Below are positions 27,966-41,214 of a stretch of DNA of 64,000 bases, piece by piece (the first letter of the stretch is position 1; each line of letters opens with the position of its first letter). Source of the DNA: Octopus vulgaris. Taxonomy: Eukaryota. Under the pieces are notes generated by a model. It had not been told where the DNA came from. It saw nothing but the letters and a program-made list of their open reading frames with translations, and searched no databases. The DNA lies in the NCBI GenBank assembly GCA_951406725.2, contig OX597814.1, forward strand, positions 18,848,001-18,912,000. The letters run 5' to 3'. The translations under genes and the position numbers were made by a program.

Positions 27966-28659
27966 ACCCAGCCATTGTTTTTTGTGAAGAAAAAAATCAA
28001 TAGATTTTAAAACGCGATTTGGAATTTCTTGCCTAGTTTATTATTGTGTAAGTCCAGGTATCTCCGATTGTTTTGTAGTTAAGCAAGAACTAAAAACTGA
28101 GAAAAACAACATTAACATTAGACTACAATGTTGCCAGAGAAGAGTTTCCTTGAAAGCCCAAATGCATTTCAGCTAGTTTGATAGTTCTGTCATTATTAAT
28201 CAGTTTGATAGAATAGTTGGATGAGAGCCAATAGAAATTGCTGAGCATAAGACACTCTGTTGGAAACGATAAACCCCTGGGTGGGACTTATAGCAAAATG
28301 TTTGGCAATGCATTCCGTTCATATGTAAGGGTCATCAGACATCTGAGGCTATTTTGGCTGAACTGCTTTAGTACGTGCGCTCGTTAATGAAAACGACCGC
28401 TATAAGCCGTGCTGTTATATGGACGCTGACCAATTCCAGTGACCAATAAGTGGTTAGTGAGAAGAACGTGACACATAAGCAATACGTCATGGGAGCAATG
28501 AAAATCAAAAACAAATAAGAGAATAAACAGAAGAGAATAAACAATACAAAGGAACAAAAAAACATTAAAAAAAAAACAAAAAAATCAGCTTCTTATTTAC
28601 TTGCATCATGAGCAATGCTAACGGTGAGAATGTTGTTGTTTGTAGCAGTGGCAACAGAA

Positions 28660-29183
28660 GAGGTGGTGGTTGTTTTGGTGGTGGTAGTGGTGGTGGTGGT
28701 GGTGGTAGTGGTGGTTTTGGTGGTAGTGGCGGTCGTCGTTTTGGTGGTGGTCGTCGTCGTGGTCGTGGTCGTGGTCGTGGTTTTGGTGGTGGTGGTGGTT
28801 GTGGTGGTGGTAGTGGTGGTTGTTTTGGTGGTGGTAGTGGTGGTGGTGGTGGTAGTGGCGGTCGTCGTTTTGGTGGTGGTGGTGGTGGTGGTGGTGGTGG
28901 TGGTCGTCGTCGTCGTCGTCGTGGTTTTGGTGGTGGTGGTGGTGGTGGTGGTGGTGGTAGTGGTGGTTGTTTTGTTGGTGGTAGTGGTGGTGGTGGTAGT
29001 GGCGGTCGTCGTTTTGGTGGTGGTGGTGGTGGTGGTGGTGGTTGCAGCGGCGGCGGCGATGGTGGTGTTCGTCGTCGTGGTTTTGGTGGTCGTGGTTTTG
29101 GTGGTCATGGTAGGAGTACTAGTAGTAATACTGATGTGGTAGTGGTGGTGGAGTAGGTAATAGTGGTTGGGCACGGTGGGCTG

Positions 29184-29218
<35 letters not shown>

Positions 29219-29220
29219 CC
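28660..29220. repeat. (GGT)n/(GTC)n tract punctuated by GTTTTG, followed by (GCT)n
   Basis: Direct reading; source of the Thr-, Gly- and Val-rich ORFs. Confidence 0.85.
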
Positions 29221-29675
29221 GGCAGTGGTTGCGGTGGTGGTCGACGATAATAGTTATGGCGGTTGTGGGGTCGTTTGTTCATGGTACTAAAAGTAATAGT
29301 TGTGGTGGCGATGAAGGTGGTCGTTGTATATGTATACTTGATGATAGTAGCGGTGACGATGTCGTCGGTAACGACGGTAATGAAAGTGAAAGTAAGTGGG
29401 GGGGGGGGCTGAAGTAATAATTGAATTTGTGTTGCTGATGGTGGCAGTGGTGGTGATAATGACAGAGGTGATGTTGGCGATAGCGGTGAAGTTGTAGATG
29501 TTGATTGTGGTGGTGGTGATGGTGGCGGAGATGACGGCAATAGTTATGGCAAAGGCGACAGGTGTGGTGATGATGATGATGGTGGTAATGATGGCGCTAA
29601 TGGTGCTCGTATTGGAGGTGGCGGTAGAGGTTCTGTGGCGCTGTTCATGTTTATGGACGAAATGATAAAAATAAT

Positions 29676-30080
29676 ACTCTTTTACTCTTTTACTCTTTTA
29701 CTTGTTTCAGTCATTTGACTGCGGCCATGCTGGAGCACCGCCTTTTTAGTCGAGCAAATCGACCCCGGGACTTATTCTTTGCAAGCCCATTACTTATTCT
29801 ATCGGTCTCTTTTGCCGAACCGCTAAGTGTCGGGGACATAAACACACCAGCATCGGTTGTCGAGCAATGCTAGGGGACAAACACAGACGCACAAACACAT
29901 ACACATATATCTATATCTATATATATATACATATATACGACAGGCTTCTTTCAGTTTCCGTCTACCAAATCCACTCACAAGGCATTGGTCGGCCCGGGGC
30001 TATAGCAGAAGACACTTGCCCAAGATGCCACGCAGTGGGACTGAACCCTGAACCATGTGGTTGGTTAGCAAGCTACTTAC
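29676..30080 (-). mobile_element. SINE family B, slightly 5'-truncated
   Basis: Matches other family B copies. Confidence 0.9.
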
Positions 30081-30423
30081 TTGTTGTTGCTATTGTTGTT
30101 CTTGTTATTGCTGTTGTTGTTTTTATAATCCTTTACATCACGAGTTTTGTAGCAGTTCATTGGTTCAGTAAAACTAGGATGATGTTAGCATGTGTAGTAG
30201 TTTCAATTCAGGTGTCGTATCATGATAGTGGTATCCGTTATTAACGTATTTGTTCCGGATGCCTGCAATCTAAGTTCAATCCCTGCCGAGTTTAACTTTG
30301 CATTTCATCTTCTCAGGAGCAATAAAGAAAGTACTAACCCAAGGAGAAAAATAGGTGCACCTCTATTTTTTACATTTTTATATTTTTAACAACGTGAAAC
30401 TGGATTTCTCGTGGTATGATTTC

Positions 30424-30641
30424 TACCAAAGGCGGTGAGTTGGCAGAAATGTTAGGACGCCGGGTGAAATGCCTAGCGGTATTTCGTCTGTCTTTACGTT
30501 CTGAGTTCAAATTCCGCCGAGATCGACTTTGCCTTTCATCCTTTCGGGGTCAATAAATTAAGTACCAGTTGCGTACTGGAGCCGATCTAATCGACTGCCC
30601 ACCTCCCCCAAAATTTCGGGCCTTGTGTCTAGTGTAGAAAA
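30424..30641 (+). mobile_element. SINE family C (alternative tail), 11-bp TSD
   Basis: TSD ggtatgatttc at 30413-30423 and 30642-30652. Confidence 0.88.
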
Positions 30642-30851
30642 GGTATGATTTCCAACTAGTTTGGAAGCGCTATAAAGCATCATTGGTACTGTCTTTTCTC
30701 CTGACTAAAAGGTAAAATAGAAAAAAAGCGGATTTTGGTGATAATGGAATATTTTGTGGTATTAGTTGTGGTTGAGGTGGTGATGATAATGACCACTGTT
30801 GTAGTATTGGTGACGGTTTTAGCATCTGCATTAGTAATAATTCAATACAAA

Positions 30852-30971
<120 letters not shown>

Positions 30972-31634
30972 CAGAAGCTATAGTAGTAGTTATTTAACCA
31001 CAAATCCTCCCTAATCAAGGAGATCGATGATCGACGGCATTTTCTAGACAAGCTTCCCGTCATACATTTCTCATTTTATTTTTACTGATATGGTCTAGCT
31101 GGAGCTATATTGCCCAATGCGTTCTCCATTTTCAAGATTGCATGTATCGTATGTATAATAAAGTGTGTGAGATATGAGCTATGTATGTCGCTTACACTAT
31201 CCGTGTGATATGCGCGATATATGTGTGATATATGTGTGATATATGTAATATATGATAAGTATGAGATATGCGTGTGATGCATGCATGATGTATGTGATAT
31301 ATAGTTTATATGTGCAACACGTACGCTATGCATGATATGAAATGTGATAAAAAAGATATGTAACTAATATCGGGAACAACGAAGTTGATGATGCAGACGA
31401 GGTAAAAGTGGCTTTGAAGAACAGGATACAATATGGTATACCTAAATTGTTTCAAAGGAGATTCATGAATGGAATGCAACGTGGGTGCAAAAGAATTGCT
31501 TGTGATGGAGATGAGGTTGGGTTTAACCTTCATAAGCAAGAAGAGTTAATTTAAGAGCATGTCCATTGCGAAAGACAAATATCCCTTAATAAATACGCCA
31601 TGCCTACTTTTGCATAATCTTTGGTAGAACCCTC

Positions 31635-31685
<51 letters not shown>

Positions 31686-31730
31686 CATAGAGAAGATGAG
31701 ACACGCACACACTCATACAGATACCTACAC

Positions 31731-32115
31731 CTCTTTTACTTGTTTCAGTCATTTGACTGTGGCCATGCTGGAGCACCGCCTTTTAGTCGAGTAAATCGAC
31801 CCCAGGACTTATTCTTTGGAAGCCTAGTACTTGTTCTATCGGTCTCTTTTGCCGAACCGCTAAGTTTACGGGGACGTAAACACACCAGCATCGGTTGTCA
31901 GCATCGAGGGACAAACACAGAAACACAAACACACACACATATACATATATACGACGGGCTTCTTTCAGTTTCCGTCTACTAAATCCACTCACAAGGCTTT
32001 GGTCGGCCCGAGGCTATAGTAGAAGGCACTTGCCCAAGGTGCCACGCAGTGGGACTGAACCCGGAACCATGTGGTTGGTAAGCAAGCTACTTACCATATA
32101 GCCACTCCTGCGCCT
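31731..32115 (-). mobile_element. SINE family B
   Basis: Matches other family B copies. Confidence 0.9.
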
Positions 32116-32851
32116 ATTCATGAATGCGAAATTTCTGAGGACTCCTTGATATGTGATTCAAGAATTTTCGTGTGTGTGTGTGAGTGTGTATTTGTCCGCT
32201 GCTGCATGTGTGCGCATAAGTTTCTCTCTTTTTGTACGTATGTAATGTATGGCAAGTTTCTCTTTTACTTTGGTGGTGATGAATGACTTCACGATTAAAT
32301 TTAAGAATACAAATATAGAAAGTTATATAGACATGAATGATGGCAAAATCGCTATCAAATCTGACAGACGTTGATAAGAAAACAGATATTTCAGATTTAA
32401 AATATATATATATATCACGTATACATATAACATTTTGTGACGACCTGTAAACATAGATGTGTATGTCAAGATACGAAAGTTCTTTAATTCAACAATAAAA
32501 AGAGGCCATCCTTGGAAAAAAAAATTTGCTCAATGTTGGCAGTTTTCGTTAATTGAAAAAATGAATGGAAGATATCTTTTCCAGTTTCATCGAATCTCTC
32601 CTCATAGTTGTCTCTATCTTATTTTTGCCTTTCTATCCTATTGATTTCTTTCTCTCCTTCCCACTCTTTCTCCCACCCTCTCTCTCTCTCTCTCTTGCAT
32701 TTCCATTGCTGTTATTCAACTCCCCCGTCTCATCTCTATGTGCTTAAGAAGTTTATGATTCCAACCTCAGATCCATTGCGCGGCGCATTGGGCAACTGAC
32801 TTCTATTGCTGGGCGAAATCGGTAGGCTGAAATGTTGTGGAAATTTGTCGC

Positions 32852-32893
<42 letters not shown>

Positions 32894-32895
<2 letters not shown>

Positions 32896-33098
32896 AGTAG
32901 GTTAGGGCAGCGGACTCGCGGTCGTAGGATCGCGGTTTCGATTCCCAGACCGAGCGTTGTGAGTGTTTATTGAGCGAAAACACCTAAAAGCTCCACGAGA
33001 TCCGGCAGGGGGTGGTGTCTTTCGAAGGCTAAAACAATGCGAACACATTGTGACCAGCAATGTGTAACTACATCTGATGGACTGGTCGGTCACGTGAT

Positions 33099-33105
<7 letters not shown>
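32894..33105 (+). mobile_element. SINE family A, tail type 3, internally deleted
   Basis: Head plus the tail shared with 13513-13812. Confidence 0.85.
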
Positions 33106-33139
<34 letters not shown>

Positions 33140-33920
33140 CATAAATACATACATACATACATACATATATTTCTATTTCTATATATACGGCCGCAGTCTA
33201 ATGACTAAATCAAATGAAAGATTATACATAAACACAAACATACATATGTGTAATCCATACATGCATATATTTTTACTATATATATATATATACACATACA
33301 TACATAAATACATACATACATACATACATACATACATACATACATACATACATACATACATACATACATACATGTATGTATGTATCTGTTTATGCGTGTA
33401 TTCAAAAAACAACGTCCCACTCAAAGCCTTGCGCTTTTGTTGGTAGAGTGAGTCTACAGCAATATCCTGTTGAATTGTCATCAATCGACCCGTTGCTGTT
33501 GAATATTCTTCCGTTCGTCTTCAGTAAAGAATAATGTGCGTGTGTGTGTGTGTGTGTGTATACATGCATGTATATATTTATATATATATATATTTATGTG
33601 CGTGCGTGTTATTTAATATTCTGACTATTAACATCTGTCATTTAAGTGTTGTAGAATCATAATTGTTACAAAATGACGAGGTCACAGCGAGAAATTGAAC
33701 GCGTATTTTAAATTAGAATAGTAAGTAACAGGAAGATAAAAAGTGGAATCTGTCACAAAGATTTCCTCTTTTCTATAGAGTTTATTTTAGATCAGGAAAC
33801 AACCTTCATGCCAGATTTACTTAAGAAGACTTCATATTCCATCTATTTTATATGATAATATGGATGTATCGCTTTTTCTCTCCCCCCTCTCTCTCTCTCT
33901 CCCATACGTTATATATATAT

Positions 33921-34317
33921 ACTCTTTTACTTGTTTCAGTCATTTGACTGCGGCCATGCTGGGGCACCACCTTTTTAGTCGAGCAAATCAACCCCGGGAC
34001 TTATTATTTGGAGGCCCAGTACTTGTTCTATCGGTCTCTTTTGCCGACCGCTAAGTTACGGGGATGTAAACACACCAGCATCGGTTGTCAATCGATGTTG
34101 GGGGACAAGCACAGACACACAAACACACACACGCATACATATATAAATATATACATATATACGACAGGCTTCTTTCAGTTTCCGTCTACCAAATCCGCTC
34201 ACAAGGCATTGGTCGGCCCGGGGCTATAGCAGAAGACACTTGCCCAAGATGCCACGCAGTGGGACTGAACCCGGAACCATGTGGTTGGTTAGCAAGCTAC
34301 TTACCACACAGCCACTC
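33921..34317 (-). mobile_element. SINE family B
   Basis: Matches other family B copies. Confidence 0.9.
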
Positions 34318-34375
34318 ATATATATACACACACACATATATATATACATGTATATACATACACATGTATATACAT

Positions 34376-34577
34376 AGTTAATCCAAACGTGAACAAAGTG
34401 AAAACACAACAACGCGAAGTCGTGGAACAGGTATAGTGTTATTGGACGCACAGGAAAGGAAAGAAAGAAGGAGGATTTAACGTTTCTAGCGGAGCTCTTC
34501 CTCAGAAAAGGAAAAAGGAAAGGTCCAAGGAAGGGAAGACGGAGAATGAAAATCGCCAACGATACACACGCGGTCAC
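34376..34577 (-). mobile_element. Short Penelope-type terminal cassette with hammerhead-like motif (34479-34505)
   Basis: Minus: CUGAGGA-AG-AGC-ucc-GCU-A-GAAAC-GUU; cassette lies between TA/CA microsatellites. Confidence 0.6.
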
Positions 34578-34814
34578 ACACACACACACATAAACACACA
34601 AAAGCACATAAACACACGCACACACACACATATATGTACATATATATATGTACGACGGAATTCTTTCAGTTTCCGTCAACCAAATCCACTCACAAGGTCT
34701 TGGTTGGTTCGAGGCTAAGGTAGAAGGCATTTGCCCAAGGTGCCACACAGTGGGTCTGAACTTGAAACCATGTTGTTACAAAGCCAGCTTCTTACCATAC
34801 AGCCACGCTTACGC

Positions 34815-34924
<110 letters not shown>

Positions 34925-35549
34925 ATTTGAATTAGAAGTAGAGCGAGTGTTGCAAATATCGAACACATGCAAAATGTATGTGCTTTGCTTGTTCGCTGGT
35001 CGGCTGCGATTTGACGCGATTGAGATGACTCTCCCAACGCGCCGGTTGATAAAAGACCTGAAAGACATAATCATGGATAGGCGAAACAACTCACCTCAAG
35101 TCCCATTCAGGAGAGATGGCCATCGATGATTCGCAATTTTAGTGGCTTATCAACATCACGTATCCGAACCGAACCGGAGACAAATGTTAATTAGAAGCGG
35201 GCTGGGTGTTGTAACAATTGTCAAACACAGACACACATACACACATACAAGCACACACAAACACACAGACACAGACGTACATACAAATATATATTAATCT
35301 GATGCGTTACTCCATACTTTTGTAGAGAACAAATATATTATTCTTTAATAACAAGTAGTATTGACAGTGAGTTTAAAGCGAGTTAAGCCATCATCAGACA
35401 ACCTAATTATGGCATACCTGGCCGAGACTTTGATAACAAATACATGCATACATACGTAAATATAAAAACATACACAAACATACGTACACACGCACTCAAA
35501 TATATGCAAATTCTTATGTATAAACACACACACATACATGCATATATAT

Positions 35550-36594
35550 ATATGGAATGAAAACATAGATAAACTCCAAAAATTTAAAAACCTATTGAAC
35601 AGCATAAACCCAAATATACAGTTCACAATGGAATACAACCAAAAGGAGCTCCCGTTCTTGGATATACTAAAAAATAACCTTAAAATAGAAACAGACATTT
35701 TTTACAAAGCCACAGACGCCAAACAATACCTTCTTTTTAATTCATGCCACCCAAGACACACTAAAACAAACATCCCCTTCAACCTTGCAAGAAGGATATG
35801 CACAATAGTGTCAGAACAAAATACCAGGAACTTTAGACTGCAAGAACTCAAAAACACCCTAATTGACAGACATTACCCAGCTCAACTCATAGAGGATGGG
35901 ATCAGACGTGCAACAGAAATCAACATAGAAACTTTAAGAAAAGTCCAACACACCTTCCCCGAAAATACTACCTTACATATCTACATACAACCCCAGAAAC
36001 AAAGAAGCCTTCACCATCATCACCCAGAATTTACCAATACTTCATAAAAACCCAAAATTAAAGGAAATTCTAAACATACACCAAATCATTAAAAGCTACA
36101 AACAGCCTAAATCACTTAAAAAGATTCTCACAAAGGCAAAATTGTCTTCTAAAATTACGGATGCAAAAGTAAAAAAATGTGGTAGATCGAACTGTGCAAC
36201 ATGTCCTAACCTATTGGAAGGATCAGAATTCTTCTTTAAAGAGGGACAGAAATTCAAGATCAAATCTAACTTTACTTGTGCCTCTGAAAACATAATTTAT
36301 GTCATTAAATGCTCGGGCTGCCACCAAGACTACGTGGGTTCCACGGGACTATCACTCAGGCGTAGATGCACACTGCATCGACAACAGATTGCATTCCCAG
36401 AATATAGAATGATACCTTTTAGTGAGCACATTGAGAAATGCGCAAAGCAACTACTGCCACAATTTTTAATCTTCCCATTTTACCAATGTGCTTTCGGATC
36501 ATCAACACAAATGAGACTGAACAAGGAAACATTCTTCATTGAAAAGTACAAACCCAGACTCAACCATCCGAACATACTGACACAGAGAAATTAA
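35550..36594 (+). pseudogene. Penelope-like element ORF remnant: RT C-terminus/thumb, Cys linker and GIY-YIG endonuclease
   Basis: IQFTME..LPFLDI..TDIFYKATD..YLLFNSCHP..NIPFNLARRI; one frameshift near 35950; LPYISTYNP..SYKQPKSLKKIL..CGRSNCATC..NIIYVIKCSGCHQDYVGST..RRRCTLH. The C-x4-C-x2-C linker suggests the Neptune group. Confidence 0.92.
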
Positions 36595-36657
36595 CAAGGG
36601 AAAAGGAAAAACCATCCGAACATACTGACACAGAGAAATGAACAAGGGAAAAGGAAA
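36562..36657 (+). repeat. 48-bp tandem duplication spanning the PLE stop codon
   Basis: aaccatccgaacatactgacacagagaaat(t/g)aacaagggaaaaggaaa twice. Confidence 0.9.
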
Positions 36658-36777
36658 AAAAAATTTAAGCGATTATCTCCCTTACACCGGAAGAAATCAC
36701 TCACTACCTCCCCTTATTTAGAAATCTCCTGAAAATAAATACAACGATAACTCCATGCAATATAAACATAACGTCAC

Positions 36778-36817
36778 AAGAAATTTGAAAAGCTACACGC
36801 GAAACCGGTAATTTCTT
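36778..36817 (+). ncRNA. Minimal type I hammerhead ribozyme, U3-A8 variant, in the PLE 3' region
   Basis: AAGAAAU-UUGAAAA-GC-uacac-GC-GAAAC-CG-GUA-AUUUCUU; 7-bp stem I; sense to the PLE ORF. Confidence 0.8.
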
Positions 36818-36987
36818 TAAAAATTTTAAAATTATGTCATTTCAAGGAAAGGAAAAAAATTTTTCCAATATTCTCCAGACATTTTGACACAAATATATAT
36901 ATTTTTTAACATTTAAGCCTTCTGTCGTTTTTTCACACTTTACTATTTTCTTATATATTCACCCACGTGCTTTACCAAACAAACTTT

Positions 36988-37025
<38 letters not shown>

Positions 37026-37286
37026 CATACAGCCCGAATAAGGAGACAGGGATTAACACATCGTTATGATCAGTTACAGTTGTCTCAATACAAACTCCGC
37101 TTTCAACGCAAGTTCATACAAAAGTGGAAAAGTGAAAATTGATGTTATAGGACTTTTAAACTTTCGAGTGTCACTTCCTGAGACCTGCATCAAATGTGCG
37201 CTCTTGCAGTTTTTCGTGTGTCAGATTGTGCATTTTGCTTGAATTGAGGGAAAGCAAAAAGTAGATTAAAGACTAAATAAAGGGGA

Positions 37287-37301
37287 CGAGAGAAGAAGAA
37301 T

Positions 37302-37335
<34 letters not shown>

Positions 37336-37555
37336 AGAAGAAGAAGAAGGGGAAGAAGAAGTCGAAGAAGAAGAAGAAGAAGAAGAAGACGAAGAAGAAG
37401 ACGAAGAAGAGGAAGGAGAAGAAGAAGAAGAAGAAGAAGAAGAAGAAGAAGAAGACGAAGAAGAGGAAGGAGAAGAAGAAGAAGAAGAAGAAGAAGACGA
37501 AGAAGAGGAGGAGGAGGAGGAAGAAGAAGAAGGACAACAACAACAACAACAACAA
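37287..37555. repeat. (GAA)n/(GAG)n/(CAA)n tract
   Basis: Direct reading. Confidence 0.95.
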
Positions 37556-38183
37556 AGCTAAACAAATAGCTGGAAACATGTAATGTATACGCATTTATAT
37601 ATACATATTTACAAATATACGTACAAATAATATACTCATGTACACGCATATTTAACACCATAACATGTAATATTTAGAAAGTGGGGGGGGGGGACAAAAG
37701 CAGAAAATGAATAGATGAGATCCCGTCACTTAAGTTTCCCGATAATAATATTTAATCAATTCTTTGAACTGCATATCACCGCTAAATTTATTTCTACATT
37801 CAACCTTCATTTCCAAGATTTTTTTCCGCCCTCTCTCACTGCTCTGATTTTGCTTTGGTTTTTGTTTTTGTTTATTTTATTTTTTTTATTTTTCACTTAT
37901 ATTCGTTTATTCAACTTCTTTTTCCATATTATGCTCAGCTACCAAGTGTGAAAGACCAAAAACTCCAATTTAGAAATGTTGAGTAGTTTATATCCATATT
38001 AGAGTGTATCTAAATGATCTTAAGAAAACACAATGTTACCACGTTAATATCCAATCTTGACCTTTTTACGAGCCTTGGAATTCGCTAATTAACCTCAAAG
38101 ATATGAATTATGTAACTTAATTGCTAAACATTACTTCGACTACACTTGACATTGGTGATTTGTGTTTTTTATAATAATTGTTG

Positions 38184-38245
<62 letters not shown>

Positions 38246-38326
38246 GCTGATGTTGTTGCTGTTGTTGATGCTGCTTTTGTTGCTGCTGTTGTCATTGCTG
38301 TTGTTGTTGTTGTGTTGTTGTTATTG

Positions 38327-38559
38327 CTCTCTCTTTACTTTTTACACTTTACATGTTTCAGTCATTTCACAGTGGTCATGCTGGAGCACCGCTTTTAGCC
38401 GAGCAAATCGACCCCAGGACTTATTGTAAGCCTACTACTTATTCTATCGGGCTCTTTTGCCGAAACGCTATGTTACGGGAACGTAGACACACCAGCATTG
38501 GTTCTCAAGAGATGTTTGGGGACAAACGCAGACACACAAACATATACACGCACATACAA

Positions 38560-38604
<45 letters not shown>

Positions 38605-38770
38605 TACGACGGGCTTCTTTCAGTTTCCGTCTACCAAATCCACTCACAAGGATTTGGTCGGCCCGAGAGTATAGCAGAAGACACTTGCCCAAGGTGCTAC
38701 GCAGTGGGACTGAACCCAGAACCATGTGGTTTGTAAGCAAGCTACTTACCACACAGCCACTCCTACGTCT
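38327..38770 (-). mobile_element. SINE family B
   Basis: Matches other family B copies. Confidence 0.88.
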
Positions 38771-38883
38771 GTTACATATGTTTTTTTCTATCTTCGATCG
38801 CATTGTATATTTAGACGTAGTTGTTTACTAAACAACGTATATTCCATTTCTGACTCTGAATTCTAGAGAAAATCTATAGAAAC

Positions 38884-39119
38884 GGAGGCGCAATGGCCCA
38901 GTGGTTAGGGCAGCGGACTTGCGGTCGGAGGATCGCGGTTTCGATTCCCAGACCGGGCGTTGTGTGTTTATTGAGCGAAAACACCTAAAAGCTCCACGAG
39001 GCTCCGGCAGGGGATGGTGGTGATCCCTGCTGTACTCTTTCACCACTCTAAAGGCGGTGCTCCAGCATGGCCGCAGTCAAAATGACTGAAACAAGTACAA
39101 AAAAAAAAAAAAAAAAAAA
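38884..39119 (+). mobile_element. Chimeric SINE: family A head, family B tail, poly(A)
   Basis: Family A sequence to about 39046, then ctaaaggcggtgctccagcatggccgcagtcaaaatgactgaaacaagta and an A run. Confidence 0.85.
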
Positions 39120-39186
39120 CAATCTTAAATGTGAAAATATTGCACTGCTAACACACAGTAGAATACGGTATTGATTTATAAATCAA

Positions 39187-40201
39187 GTAGCATTAAAGAC
39201 CCGTCGTTGCCGGGCCATAGTGCTAATGCATGTATATATGTATATATATATATACATCTACACATAAAATACAAAATACAAAGTTATATCTTGATATCGC
39301 TAGTGATAACAATACTCAAAATATAAAACAGACTGGAATTGTTAGCCCGTCTCTTGTAATTTCGATCAATTGTATCTTGTCCTCCCTCTTGTATGGAAGT
39401 GTGGTTACAATCCAGCCTACCTCTACTTCTGGGGGGGGGGGGGATTTTACATTTTTTTCCGGGACGTCCTACGTTCCAGATATAAAGGTAAAAATAAAAT
39501 ATTTCCACTTTGCCAGTTCGAGTCGAGTACTCCCTTGCACGCTCCGATGACTCGAACCTTGCTTCTTTTGTGGCGAATTTACCGCCTCTGATTAGATACC
39601 TTTCATAGTCGCACCAAGACACTTTTCGAAGGTGCTTTCCTCCATGTGTTCAAATCTTCTTTTTTCTCTATATTGTATACTTTATAGACGATAGTCTTTT
39701 CTTTAATTTAATTTTTTATTATCCATCTGGACTATTCCATTTCTGCACGCTAATTTTACTTTTAATTTATTCACATTCATGTGAAACCACTTATTCAAGT
39801 TCAAAGCATTTATGCAATTTTATACCAATTGCTATTTTTACTTTTGTTATGTTACGATTATATTATACTTTAGTTTGATTTTAATTATTACTTACTACAT
39901 ATAATTCAATTGTTATTATTATTTTTATTGTTAAAGTGAAAGTATCTGACATAAAATAGAGAAACGTTTTTGTTTCACTTTTAGCACGTAATACTGAAAT
40001 AGTGGAGAAGATATGATATTGCTATGGGCTCGCTCTACGCAAGAAGTTGAACATTTTTTTTGCCCATGAAACTACATGGACCCTAAGTAAGGCATGTGTA
40101 AAATTTGAATGAAATTGGTTGTGTAGTTCTCAAGTTTTAGGGAAACACACATACAGACAGACACACACACACACACATTCTCAGTTTTATATATATAACG
40201 A
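39187..40201 (-). mobile_element. Non-autonomous Helitron-like element
   Basis: Minus strand begins A|TCgttatatatataaaa and ends with hairpin CCCG-gcaacga-CGGG about 10 nt before CTAC|T (CTAG-like). Confidence 0.6.
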
Positions 40202-40302
40202 TAATATATTTGGTAGGGTGGTGTATTATGGGTGCAAAACGAAATAGTGTGGTCTTGCCAGTAACAAAATTATATATTAAAGTGCATTGTATGTATATAT
40301 GA

Positions 40303-40335
<33 letters not shown>

Positions 40336-40358
40336 TGTATGTATGTATGTATGTATGT

Positions 40359-40773
40359 ACTCTTTTACTCTTTTACTTGTTTCAGTCATTTGACTGCGGC
40401 CATGCAGAAGCACCCTCCTTTGGTCGAGCAAATCGACCCCGGGACTTATTCTTTGTAAGCCCAGTACTTATTCTATCGGTCTTTTTTGCCGAACCGCTAA
40501 GTGACGGGGACGTGAGCACACCAGCATCGGTTGTCAAGCAATGCTAGGGAGACAAACACAAACACACAAACACATACACACACATACATATACATATACA
40601 TACATATATACGATAGGCTCTTTCAGTTTCCATCTACCAAATCTACTCACAAGGCATCGGTCGGCCCGGGGCTATAGCGGAAGACACTTGCCCAAGATGC
40701 CACGCAGTGGGACTGAACCCGGAACCATGTGGTTAGTTAGCAAGCTACTTACCACACAGCCACTCCTGCGCCT
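40359..40773 (-). mobile_element. SINE family B within (TGTA)n
   Basis: Matches other family B copies. Confidence 0.9.
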
Positions 40774-40835
40774 ATGTATGTATGTATGTATGTATGTATG
40801 TATGTATGTATGTATGTATGTATGTATGTATGTAT

Positions 40836-41078
40836 GACATTCAGTTTTTTGCCACTAGAAGAGCCGTTTTCTAGCCTAGATCCAAGGCGCATTCATTGGA
40901 ATTTCAATATCAACAGTGAATTTTTGCATGTATGTATGTATGTCATTATTCAGTTTATTTCAAGATTTCTTGACAATAGAGAAAGAACGGGTTTCTAACC
41001 TAGATTGGGTTTCTAACCTAGATCCAAGGTTCCTTCATTGGAATTTCAACATCAACAACGAGGCATTTTTGTTTGCAT
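40836..41078 (-). mobile_element. Two 3'-UTR fragments of the RLE retrotransposon
   Basis: Reverse complements of 44240-44342 (tttctaacctagatccaagg..cattggaatttcaa); each abuts (TGTA)n. Confidence 0.8.
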
Positions 41079-41214
41079 GTATTCCAGTCAAGAGCAAGCA
41101 ACGAAAGCAAACAAGGCGATGGATTGTGATATAATAGATTTAAAGTCGTGAATTTTCTTAAGTCCTCCTTCGTTTTCTTACCTTCTTTATAACTCAGCAG
41201 GTTATATTAATGTT

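Noticed and set aside
28593-29540. 315-aa mucin-like Thr-rich ORF and Gly-rich antisense ORF
   Set aside because: Trinucleotide tract open in several frames, with no signal peptide, domain or splice evidence.
33490-33530. Hammerhead start CUGAAGA-C-GAACGGAA on the minus strand
   Set aside because: The 3' half of stem II and GAAA are missing. Similar incomplete hits at about 18100-18135, 35058-35091 and 60062-60085 were also not counted.
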